Positions 1 to 8,115 of a DNA stretch of 12,701 bases are shown piece by piece. The first letter of the stretch is position 1, and every line of letters begins with the position of its first letter. Source of the DNA: a virus (Duplodnaviria > Heunggongvirae > Uroviricota > Caudoviricetes); IMG/VR virus record IMGVR_UViG_3300021399_000137, positions 69,938 to 82,638 of that record; one strand, given 5' to 3'. A program made the position numbers and the translations under genes. The notes beneath the pieces are model-generated. The model saw only the letters and a list, made by a program, of their open reading frames with translations. It searched no databases and was not told the DNA's origin.

Positions 1-1006
1 TATCTTCAGACTCACTAATTATTTCATTTTCTGGAATAGTATCTTGATTTAATAAATCTGCTAACTGTTTAATACCTCCAGAAATCCATCCTACATGAGC
101 TACTTTTACATTAAAACTTCTTCCAGTATCATCCTCTGGGTCAAACCACATAATAACATCACCGTGTTTAGGTGAATTAACTACAGCTCTAGGACCTTGA
201 TAAGCATCAAATCCAGTAACTGATTTAACTTCTCCTGAAATCTCATCTGCTAATTCTTGAGCTTGACCTCTTAAATCTTCTAACCAAGCAGACATTTCTT
301 CATCATTATCATCCCATTCTCCAGTCTCATTTAAACTAGATTCTTCGAATTTATCTACTATCCAAGCTTCACAGTTGGAGTCTCTCATTAAGCCTGCTAC
401 AAATTTAGCTGCTTGTTCATAGTTATCAAAGGATTGAACATATTCTCCATTACGATTAAATTCATCATCATAGTATCTTTGCCATACTTCATATCTATCT
501 TCAGACGATTCATCTAATTTTTTGTTATGTTCATCTGCCATTTTATCTTGAGTCTTTTTAGAAACTGTAATCTTTTTAAGATGACCTGTTTTAGTATCTC
601 TAATAGATTTATTTCCATCTTTATCTACTTCTACTTTATCTGCTTCAGTTAAATCTCCAAATGGATTTTCACAGCTAAGATAATAATTATATAATTCTTC
701 AGCATTATCAAAATCTTCAGTTTTTCTATTATTAAAATTACCATCATCATCTTGCTGTGCATCTTCAATAAAACTATCAAAAAAACTACAAACACTTTCA
801 GGATTTATTTTAAATGAATTTTTATAATCATTTATATAGATACTTCCTAATACTATTTCTTGCCTTAATTTCCATAATTGTTCCTTAGTTAAATTATTAG
901 GGTCTATTCTTTCAGCTTCAGTTAATGATTTGACTTTTCTTTTAGCTTTAAATTCTTCTTCTAAACTTTCATTTAAAGCATTAAAAATATTAATATTGGT
1001 CTTCAT
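1..1006 (-). CDS. Acidic modular protein (335 aa visible, runs off the window edge); putative virion internal/head polyprotein. Not in the supplied ORF track
   Basis: Hand translation: ATG at 1006 with GGAGG 9 nt upstream; open to position 2 with no stop (MKTNINIFNALNESLEEEFKAKRKVKSLTEAERID...LNQDTIPENEIISESED). Motifs ALNE|S, SLTE|A, DLTE|A, KLDE|S, SLNE|T and IISE|S fall between apparent domains. Confidence 0.85.
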   Translation of the reverse strand, partial: MKTNINIFNALNESLEEEFKAKRKVKSLTEAERIDPNNLTKEQLWKLRQEIVLGSIYINDYKNSFKINPESVCSFFDSFIEDAQQDDDGNFNNRKTEDFDNAEELYNYYLSCENPFGDLTEADKVEVDKDGNKSIRDTKTGHLKKITVSKKTQDKMADEHNKKLDESSEDRYEVWQRYYDDEFNRNGEYVQSFDNYEQAAKFVAGLMRDSNCEAWIVDKFEESSLNETGEWDDNDEEMSAWLEDLRGQAQELADEISGEVKSVTGFDAYQGPRAVVNSPKHGDVIMWFDPEDDTGRSFNVKVAHVGWISGGIKQLADLLNQDTIPENEIISESED

Positions 1007-2276
1007 CTTCTAAATCCTCCTCTCCATCTATATCTATATTTAAATCTATATCTTCATCTGGTTCTATAGGAGTTTCTTCATTATCTTCTTTTTGTAATTC
1101 TTCAGCTGCTTCAGGATTTATTTCTATTAAACAATTCATCAAGTATTCTACTATAGCTTCATGGTCAGGAGTTAACTCATTACCATATCTAGGATTTAAT
1201 TTATTTATTTCTTCAAAAGTATTAGGAAGTTTTACAAAATCAAATCTTTGTTCTAATTCTGTTTCATTATCTTCTTCTGGTTCTTCAGAAACTTCTATTT
1301 CTTCAGCTTCTTTTAATTTAATACCTTTTTCTTTACAAGCTTTAGCAGCTTTTTCCATAGCTTCCTTATGTCTAGCTAAATTAGAATTAGCATAAAGTTC
1401 TTTATTTCTATAATATTCAGCTTCGTCTTTATCTTTATAAGTTTTTTCATCTGCTTCTTTTAAATCTTCATCAGTATCTATTTTATCCATTATAGGTTCT
1501 TCTTCTGGTATTTCTTCTGAGTTTGCTTCAGATGGATTAGTATCTACTAACATTAAAACGTCATTAGACTCATCAGCTACTTTACCTATAATATAAACAC
1601 TATTGTTTAAATCTTCTTTATCTGTGATTTGATATAAATTTAAGTCTAAATCTACTAATATGTCTCTAAGTTCATTTAATTGTGTATCTAATTTAGACTC
1701 TTCCTCTACTGGATTTTCTTCTTGGTCTTCTTCACTATCTATTGTATCTTCTAATTCTTCTTGATTTTCAATATCTTCTTTAGCTTTATCTTTTAAATCT
1801 TCGATTTCATCGTCTGCTTCTGTTAATTTAGCAGATTCATTTCTTGGAGCAATAGATTTTACATTCATTGTTAAATCTGCATGGTCTGAATTATTCCAAT
1901 TTTCTTTAAATTTATTATAAATTTCTATTGCTTCATCATCACTTGTTGCACCAAATCTTTTTACATCATTTGCATCTACTGTAATAATATAATTGTTTCC
2001 TTTAGAGTCAGTTCCAAAATTGAATTTCATTAAAGACATAAATCCGTCTCTTGCAATCTCAGTAGCATCCCAATATTCTTCAGTAGAGCTTTCTTTTAAT
2101 TTTTTATTTTTATTATTTAAATCGTTACATGCAGCTGTCATTACTTTCTTAGAACCTTTTTGTACAAACTTCTTAGTCTTAGTATCATAAACACCAAATT
2201 TAGCTCCAGTTCCATCGTATTCTCTTACTTGGTATCTATCAGATGCACTTTCTACTAATTTTAATTTCTTATACAT
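990..2276 (-). CDS. Highly acidic 428-aa modular protein; putative head/core (scaffold-like or internal) protein
   Basis: ORF with AGGAG RBS; D/E-rich low-complexity linkers; motifs KLVE|S, KLKE|S, KLTE|A, DLKE|A, KLKE|A. Function is inferred only. Confidence 0.8.
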   Translation of the reverse strand: MYKKLKLVESASDRYQVREYDGTGAKFGVYDTKTKKFVQKGSKKVMTAACNDLNNKNKKLKESSTEEYWDATEIARDGFMSLMKFNFGTDSKGNNYIITVDANDVKRFGATSDDEAIEIYNKFKENWNNSDHADLTMNVKSIAPRNESAKLTEADDEIEDLKDKAKEDIENQEELEDTIDSEEDQEENPVEEESKLDTQLNELRDILVDLDLNLYQITDKEDLNNSVYIIGKVADESNDVLMLVDTNPSEANSEEIPEEEPIMDKIDTDEDLKEADEKTYKDKDEAEYYRNKELYANSNLARHKEAMEKAAKACKEKGIKLKEAEEIEVSEEPEEDNETELEQRFDFVKLPNTFEEINKLNPRYGNELTPDHEAIVEYLMNCLIEINPEAAEELQKEDNEETPIEPDEDIDLNIDIDGEEDLEDEDQY

Positions 2277-2290
2277 TATAAATCTCCTTT

Positions 2291-2674
2291 CTAAAAACTT
2301 CTTTGTGAATAAATACTTCTATAAAACATTTCAATTGTTTTTAACCTCTCTTTTTCATTATAAAGAGGTTTAGACTCTTCTTCTATAATATCTAAAGCAG
2401 ACTTTATTCTTTCTTTCTGTTGTTTTTCTAAACTAGTATTGTTAGCTATTAACTTCATAGCTTTTTTACATTGACTAGAAAAATACTGTACTTCTGTAAT
2501 TAATTCTAATAATCTACTATATTCATATACTATAATATTAAATTGATTAGATATAAACACAGTATCTTGTTGTTTATTAAAGTCTGCCATTTCTATTTTT
2601 GGAGTATTATCTAAATACTCATCTACTTTCTTTATTAAAACATTTAAAGTATTATTTAAAGATGATAAATCCAT
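2291..2674 (-). CDS. Hypothetical helical/coiled-coil protein (127 aa)
   Basis: ORF with GGAGG RBS; heptad-like helical pattern; no recognised family. Confidence 0.75.
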   Translation of the reverse strand: MDLSSLNNTLNVLIKKVDEYLDNTPKIEMADFNKQQDTVFISNQFNIIVYEYSRLLELITEVQYFSSQCKKAMKLIANNTSLEKQQKERIKSALDIIEEESKPLYNEKERLKTIEMFYRSIYSQRSF

Positions 2675-2715
2675 TTTAATATACCTCCATAAGTTACTAT
2701 AAATATTAATATGAA

Positions 2716-4476
2716 TTATTGAACGTTTTTAATTTTTGGTTCATATTTTCTTGCAAACTCTAGTTCTTCTTCTGTTGCATCATATAAACCATCTTTTAAT
2801 GCCATTTTCATTAGTTTTTTAAATACTTCTTCCATCTCTTCATAAAATGGGTCTTCAGCTAAATCTTCATAGTCTTCTTCAGAAGCTTCATCTGGAATTC
2901 CAAAAGCTAACCAATAATTATAAAATAATTCTTCATCATTTACTTTTCTAGCAATGTTATCCATCATTTTTAATGTATTTATTTTTTCTTCTTCTGAGAT
3001 TTGCCTGAGACTTTTATCAGCTTCAGTTACAGTATCTTCTCCAGATTCACCAGAATCCTCTTTAGTATTAAATTCTTCTCCGTCTTTAATAACTTCACAT
3101 CTATCCAAATAGTCTTTATCTGCTTCTTCTTTAGACTCATAAATCTCAGCGTTTTCTATTTCACCCTCAGATAAATTATAGTTCTCACCTACTATATATC
3201 TAGTTCCCTCAGATTTATCTTCTAGCATATAAACGTTACCTTGTTCTTTAATTACTTGTAAATCTTTAACTTCTGTTTGAGCAGCTTCTACTACAGGTTT
3301 CTTTTCTATTTTTTCTGACTCTTCTAAATCATATTTATTAGCTATCATCTTCATTTGATTTTCAACTGTTTCTTCAAAATCATATACTATTTGTTTAGCT
3401 AAATTAGTACCAAAGTTTTCTACTTCTATAGTTCTTAATTGATATAATAGAGATTTCATATCAGAAATAAAATCTTCTGGGTATCCACCTAATCTTTCTG
3501 AATAGTCTTCTTTTAAAGATTTGTCACATCCTTCTTGTAATTCTTTTTCCAAATTAGCGATTTCATCTTCTATAGCAGCTTTCTCATCATCTGCTAATTG
3601 GTCACCGTCTTTTTCTAATTGAGTTTTAAGACTAGCTAATTTATCTTCTTTAGAAGTATCTATAGGAGCAGCTTCTTTTAATTGAGCAACTATAAATTTA
3701 TCAGACAGATTAATATCGTTGTTTGTATTTTTAATAAATTCATTTTTAAATTCATCTGCTTCAGACTTTGTTGGAAATCTAATAGCCTTTTCTTTTTCAT
3801 AAGCTGTAGTTTCATTGTCTATTACATATAAAGGACCTCTATCTGTTTTTATATAAATTATAAAATCTCCATTTTTAGCTTCATTAAGTTTTTTACAATT
3901 GCATTCAGCTAATGGTTTACCACACTCTTTACAGATTTCTTCTCCTTCAGAGTATAAACCTTTTTCTATACTGTCTGCTTTTGCATCTTCTATTTGTCCA
4001 TCTTCTAATTTTTTAATCATTTTTACTTCTCTTAAATCTTCTAACATTTTTCTTAATTCTTCTTTTCCATAGACAACATTATATACAGTACCTGTTTCAG
4101 TACCATCATCGTCTACTCCTACAAACTCCCAAACGTTACCTTCTTCAGCAGCTTGTTTAGCAGCTTCTAATTCTTCTGGGTCTCCACCATATTCTGACTT
4201 ATATCCTTCATCATAGTCTTCTGGATTTTGATAATTCTCAGAATATCTAACTACCATAGCTACACCATCTGGGTCTCTAAAATAAACTTCATCTCCTGAA
4301 ATTACACTATCTAAAGCTGAAGAGGCATCTTCTGTTAGAACATAATTCTTTTCTTCTTTTAATTCTTCTACCCTAACATCAGAACCTTCCATAAATACTT
4401 TTTTCTTAATTTGAATAGCTTTTGTTTCACTTTCATTAAGCTCATTCATTAAATTAAAACTAAGTTTGTTTAACAT
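2716..4476 (-). CDS. Acidic 586-aa modular protein; putative processed virion internal polyprotein containing a CxxC-x6-CxC motif
   Basis: ORF with AAGGAG RBS; motifs ELNE|S, VLTE|D, KLNE|A, QLKE|A, SLKE|D, DLEE|S, PVVE|A, TVTE|A; CKECGKPLAECNC at aa 182-194. Confidence 0.8.
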   Translation of the reverse strand: MLNKLSFNLMNELNESETKAIQIKKKVFMEGSDVRVEELKEEKNYVLTEDASSALDSVISGDEVYFRDPDGVAMVVRYSENYQNPEDYDEGYKSEYGGDPEELEAAKQAAEEGNVWEFVGVDDDGTETGTVYNVVYGKEELRKMLEDLREVKMIKKLEDGQIEDAKADSIEKGLYSEGEEICKECGKPLAECNCKKLNEAKNGDFIIYIKTDRGPLYVIDNETTAYEKEKAIRFPTKSEADEFKNEFIKNTNNDINLSDKFIVAQLKEAAPIDTSKEDKLASLKTQLEKDGDQLADDEKAAIEDEIANLEKELQEGCDKSLKEDYSERLGGYPEDFISDMKSLLYQLRTIEVENFGTNLAKQIVYDFEETVENQMKMIANKYDLEESEKIEKKPVVEAAQTEVKDLQVIKEQGNVYMLEDKSEGTRYIVGENYNLSEGEIENAEIYESKEEADKDYLDRCEVIKDGEEFNTKEDSGESGEDTVTEADKSLRQISEEEKINTLKMMDNIARKVNDEELFYNYWLAFGIPDEASEEDYEDLAEDPFYEEMEEVFKKLMKMALKDGLYDATEEELEFARKYEPKIKNVQ

Positions 4477-4494
4477 AATCTTAATTTCTCCTTT

Positions 4495-4770
4495 CTAAAC
4501 TTTTTCTAAAATCATTCCTACAGCTGTTTTTTCTTCTCCTTGTATAGATAATATGTCAAAATAAGGTTTTATTATAATGTCAAATCCTGAAGGTGTTGCT
4601 AAACCTCTAGCTGTAATTACAGCTTTTACAGCCTGATTTACTGCAGGAACTCCAACACATTTTAATTCTAGCTTATCTACGTTTTTAATATTAGCATAGA
4701 TGGCTGCAGCTAGTTTTTTAATGTCAGTATCTTTTCCTACTCTAAACTCTGGTATGTTCTTTACTTCCAT
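4495..4770 (-). CDS. spoVS: Stage V sporulation protein S (SpoVS) homologue
   Basis: CVGVPAVNQAVKAVITARGLATPSGFDIIIKPYFDILSIQGEEKTAVGMILE matches the SpoVS signature as I recall it from B. subtilis (AIGAGALNQAVKAVAIARGFVAPSGVDLICIPAFTDIQIDGEERTAIKLIV); length is typical; GGAGG RBS. Confidence 0.9.
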   Translation of the reverse strand: MEVKNIPEFRVGKDTDIKKLAAAIYANIKNVDKLELKCVGVPAVNQAVKAVITARGLATPSGFDIIIKPYFDILSIQGEEKTAVGMILEKV

Positions 4771-4825
4771 AATTACCTCCTAAATTACTATTTCTAGCTC
4801 CTAATATAATAAATAACTGAGATGT

Positions 4826-4856
4826 AAAAAGATACCAGAATTAATTCTGGTATCTT
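4826..4856 (-). terminator. Probable intrinsic terminator (perfect 28-bp palindrome) overlapping the stop codon of 4841..5518
   Basis: AAGATACCAGAA-TTAA-TTCTGGTATCTT at 4829-4856, ending in a run of five T on the minus strand. Confidence 0.65.
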
Positions 4857-5518
4857 CTATTTAAATCTAAAATAAAGTTAAATACTCTTAATTCAGTATT
4901 GTAGATAGGAGACTCCATAAAGTTATACATAGCAGTCTCTATAGAATTATATTTAGCTCTTTTATAATCTTCTATAATTCTTTTATACCATTTAGATATA
5001 TTATTACTAGGTATAGTAACTCTATTTAAGAAAGTTAATAAACTCATTTCTATATATTCAGCTCCTACTTTATCTAATAACTGTAAATAAGTTTTAGATA
5101 TAGTAATAGTGTCTGTATTAAAGCTTCTTAAAAATTCTAAGAAAGCACCAGTATTGTCGTACTCCTTCATTTGCCATTTACCTGTAATCCACATATATTC
5201 TATTTGTTCTCTAAAGGTATAATCGTCTAAATCTTGATAAAACTCTAATAAATATTTAGGAACTTTTCTTTTCCATTTAGAAAATACTACTTCTAATAAA
5301 GTTAATCTATCTGTTAAATCTATTTCACCTGCTGAAGATACTACTATATAATTTACTCCTAAAGCTTTAATCTTATTTAAATTTTTAGTATCTCCTATCC
5401 AAATAATATTTTTATCAGATGATATTACGGGTTTATCTAATATTCTATAATCAGGGTACATAAATTGTAACAAACCTATATCATCTATTTTTACACTATG
5501 ATTTATAATACTAATCAT
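4841..5518 (-). CDS. Hypothetical protein (225 aa)
   Basis: Clean ORF starting 4 nt after the helicase stop codon; alpha/beta N-terminal half and helical C-terminal half; no confident family. Confidence 0.75.
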   Translation of the reverse strand: MISIINHSVKIDDIGLLQFMYPDYRILDKPVISSDKNIIWIGDTKNLNKIKALGVNYIVVSSAGEIDLTDRLTLLEVVFSKWKRKVPKYLLEFYQDLDDYTFREQIEYMWITGKWQMKEYDNTGAFLEFLRSFNTDTITISKTYLQLLDKVGAEYIEMSLLTFLNRVTIPSNNISKWYKRIIEDYKRAKYNSIETAMYNFMESPIYNTELRVFNFILDLNRRYQN

Positions 5519-5521
5519 TCT

Positions 5522-7714
5522 CTACCCTTTCTTTATATTATTTCTTTTACAATAAGAAATTATTGTATTTTTATCTCTATTTAATTTTTCAGCTATTTTT
5601 TTATGAGATATATTATTAATATTATTTTTTATAAATTCTTTTTCTTCTTTTGTTAAATAGTTAATCTTCTTTTTATATTCTATATAGTTTAATCTACAAT
5701 AATTTCTTATTGTAGGTTCAGCTCTATTTAATTTCTCTGCTATTTCTTTAAGTATCATATTTTTAGCATTTTTCTTTATAAAGTCTTTTTCTTCTGATAA
5801 AAGTGGATAAGTCTTTTTTCTTATATTTTTAAATTCTATATTATTTCTATTACAATATTCTCTAATTGTACAGTCTGACCTATTTAGTTTTTTTGCTATT
5901 TCTTTAGGCATCATATTTTCAATATTTTTCTTTATAAAATCTTTTTCTTTTTTTGATAAAGGATTAAATTCTTTTTTATATTCTATATTATTTCTAATAC
6001 AATAATAAAGTATTGTATTTTTATCTCTAATTGTTGTTCCTGATTTATTTAATTTTTTAAATATTTCTTTAATAGTCATATTTTTAGCATTTTTCTTTAT
6101 AAAATCTTTTTCTTCTTCTGTAAAAATATTATACTTTTTTTTATACTTTATATTATTTTTTTTATAATAATATCTTATTGTTGCTATACCTCTATTTAAT
6201 TTTTTTGATATTTCTTTAGGTGTCATAATCATAGCATTTTTCTTTATAAAATCTTTTTCTTCTTCTGATAAAAAATAATATTCTTTTTTAAATTCTATAT
6301 TATTTCTATCACAATAATCTCTAATTGTAGATTCTGACCTACCTAATTTTAATACTATTTTACGTATAGTCATATTTTTAGCATTTTTTTCTATAAAATC
6401 TTTTTCTTCTTCTGATAAGTAATAAACTTCTTTTTTATACTTTATATTATTTCTTTTATAATAATTTCTTATAGTACGAGGTTTTTTATTTAATTTTTTT
6501 GCTATTTCTCTAGTTATCATAGTCATAGCATTTTCTTCTATAAATTTTTTTTCTTCTTCTGATAAATAAGTAAATGTATAAGTATTTTCTTTAATTATAT
6601 TTATTAAATCTTCTTGTCTTGTATAAATTTTTAATTCTTCTTTTTTCTTTCCTACTTTAATATTAGATATACTTATATTTCTTTTTTTAGCAAAATTTTC
6701 CCAAATAGATATATATCCATTATCTAAATTATATGCGTTATTAACTAAATCAAATACTATAGCATCTTCTTTATGTTCAGAAATCATTCTACCTAATTGT
6801 TGTTGATATATAATATTACTCTGTGTCTTTCTTAAAAATACAGCCACATCTATATTAGATAAATGTATACCTTCAGTAAACATATTTATAGAATATAATA
6901 TGTTTATTCCTTCTTTAGAATTATAAAAATCTTCTAACTCTTGATTATTAAACTTTTTAGATTTTTTAGAGTGCATTACAAAATGATTAATATCTTTATC
7001 TATCCATAATTCTATAAAATTTTTAGCTTGTTCTATATCATTAATTCTAGATACAAATACTATAATATGAAGAGGTTTACTATAATCTATAAATTCTTCA
7101 AATATATTTTTTACTTCAGTATTTATATCATAATTAGATAGTTTCTTTTGTAGAGCTTTATTTTTATAATATCTGTAATCTATCTCATAAATAGAAGAAA
7201 CGTATTTTATTTGAGGTAATATTCCTTGTTCTATGGACTCAGCTAAATATAAAGGCTCTATTTCTTCATTATTAAATATTAATTCTATAGGATTTTTACC
7301 ATCCATTCTTTCAGGAGTAGCACTAAATCCTATCATTTTACCTTTATAATCTTCTAAATCTTTCTTTAATATATTACCCCATTTTTCTGTAACTGACCTA
7401 TGCATTTCATCTAAAAATATATAATCATAATCTAATAAAGACTCATGATTAAAATTTTGTTTTAGTAAATTACTATATATTATAAAATCTGTATTATTAT
7501 AATTTCCAAATTCTTTAATATATTCAACAATATTATCTCTAGGTTCTATAATAAGTTTCTTTCCTGGAAGCTTATTACATAATTCCATTATAATATGAGA
7601 TTTACCAAAACCTACCGGTCTTACTACACCAAATTTATCACAAGTCTTTAATTTTTCTAATATTAAATCTTTAGTCTTTATTCTTTCTATAGATAGTAAA
7701 CTTTTATCAAACAT
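5522..7714 (-). CDS. SF2 DExH-box helicase/ATPase (type III restriction Res-like core) with seven C-terminal tandem HTH-like repeats
   Basis: Motif I RPVGFGKS, motif II FLDEMHR, motif III SATPER, motif V NMFTEGIHL, motif VI QQQLGR; repeats from aa 384 to 730; no nuclease motif seen. Confidence 0.9.
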   Translation of the reverse strand: MFDKSLLSIERIKTKDLILEKLKTCDKFGVVRPVGFGKSHIIMELCNKLPGKKLIIEPRDNIVEYIKEFGNYNNTDFIIYSNLLKQNFNHESLLDYDYIFLDEMHRSVTEKWGNILKKDLEDYKGKMIGFSATPERMDGKNPIELIFNNEEIEPLYLAESIEQGILPQIKYVSSIYEIDYRYYKNKALQKKLSNYDINTEVKNIFEEFIDYSKPLHIIVFVSRINDIEQAKNFIELWIDKDINHFVMHSKKSKKFNNQELEDFYNSKEGINILYSINMFTEGIHLSNIDVAVFLRKTQSNIIYQQQLGRMISEHKEDAIVFDLVNNAYNLDNGYISIWENFAKKRNISISNIKVGKKKEELKIYTRQEDLINIIKENTYTFTYLSEEEKKFIEENAMTMITREIAKKLNKKPRTIRNYYKRNNIKYKKEVYYLSEEEKDFIEKNAKNMTIRKIVLKLGRSESTIRDYCDRNNIEFKKEYYFLSEEEKDFIKKNAMIMTPKEISKKLNRGIATIRYYYKKNNIKYKKKYNIFTEEEKDFIKKNAKNMTIKEIFKKLNKSGTTIRDKNTILYYCIRNNIEYKKEFNPLSKKEKDFIKKNIENMMPKEIAKKLNRSDCTIREYCNRNNIEFKNIRKKTYPLLSEEKDFIKKNAKNMILKEIAEKLNRAEPTIRNYCRLNYIEYKKKINYLTKEEKEFIKNNINNISHKKIAEKLNRDKNTIISYCKRNNIKKG
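5525..6565 (-). repeat. Seven tandem ~49-aa (~147-nt) coding repeats, consensus LSEEEKDFIKKNAKNMTxKEIAKKLNRxxxTIRxYCxRNNIEYKK
   Basis: Repeats start at aa 384, 433, 482, 531, 586, 638 and 687 and are visible in both protein and DNA; three-helix (Myb/SANT-like HTH) pattern. Confidence 0.95.
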
Positions 7715-7745
7715 AGTTAATATCTCCTTAAAATTTTTTATTTAT

Positions 7746-7774
7746 ATTATATCATAAAAAATCATAAATGTAAA
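7746..7774 (-). promoter_or_regulatory. Sigma-A/sigma-70-type promoter for the helicase gene
   Basis: Minus strand reads TTTACA (7774-7769), a 17-nt spacer ending in TGA, then TATAAT (7751-7746): an extended -10 in the intergenic gap, upstream of an AAGGAG RBS. Confidence 0.75.
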
Positions 7775-7782
7775 TAAAAATT

Positions 7783-8115
7783 TTAGTATAATTCATATTC
7801 AAATATTCCAGGTATGTAGAATATACCTGAATAAAACATCTTTTCCCAGTTATGACTTAATTTTATTTCTCTAATATAATTACTATACTTTCCATCTAAA
7901 ATGTCACTGAATGAAATCTGATACTTACCAGCTATTAATATAATGTCATATCCTTTTTCATATACTGTAGCACTTATTGCATGAGTTTGTGTAGTAATAA
8001 TCTCTTCCTCATCTTTCTTTATAGCTTCTTTTAATGACTGTATTGTAAAGCAACATCTTAATATATCGTCTGCTGGTATATCTTTAGTTAAATAAACTCT
8101 AATTACTTTTTTCAT
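7783..8115 (-). CDS. Hypothetical protein (110 aa)
   Basis: ORF with a GGAGG RBS inside the upstream gene's 3' end (coupled overlap); no recognised family. Confidence 0.75.
   Translation of the reverse strand: MKKVIRVYLTKDIPADDILRCCFTIQSLKEAIKKDEEEIITTQTHAISATVYEKGYDIILIAGKYQISFSDILDGKYSNYIREIKLSHNWEKMFYSGIFYIPGIFEYELY

Noticed and set aside
1993-2190. Plus-strand 65-aa ORF from the track
   Set aside because: Antisense shadow of 990..2276, with a non-ATG start, no RBS, and the hydrophobic composition expected from the reverse of an E/K-rich gene.
2291-2674. UvsY-like recombination mediator
   Set aside because: Only size and helical character fit; no diagnostic motif or uvsX/uvsW context supports it.
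4800-4828. Sigma-A promoter for spoVS
   Set aside because: TTTACA is present at 4828-4823, but there is no good -10 hexamer at 16-18 nt spacing.
2291-5524. Possible TAG stop-codon reassignment, as in some large gut phages
   Set aside because: TAG stops at 2291, 4495 and 5522 end ORFs at natural boundaries (SpoVS is full length), each followed closely by the next gene's start. Coding density is already near complete under code 11.
5525-6565. Repeat region as a CRISPR array or DGR template/variable repeat
   Set aside because: The repeats are in-frame, ~147-nt degenerate coding units with no constant-repeat/unique-spacer pattern. Differences are not confined to adenines, and no reverse transcriptase or cas gene is in the window.
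5522-7714. Type III restriction-modification system
   Set aside because: No PD-(D/E)xK nuclease motif seen and no methyltransferase gene nearby; only the SF2 core resembles Res subunits.
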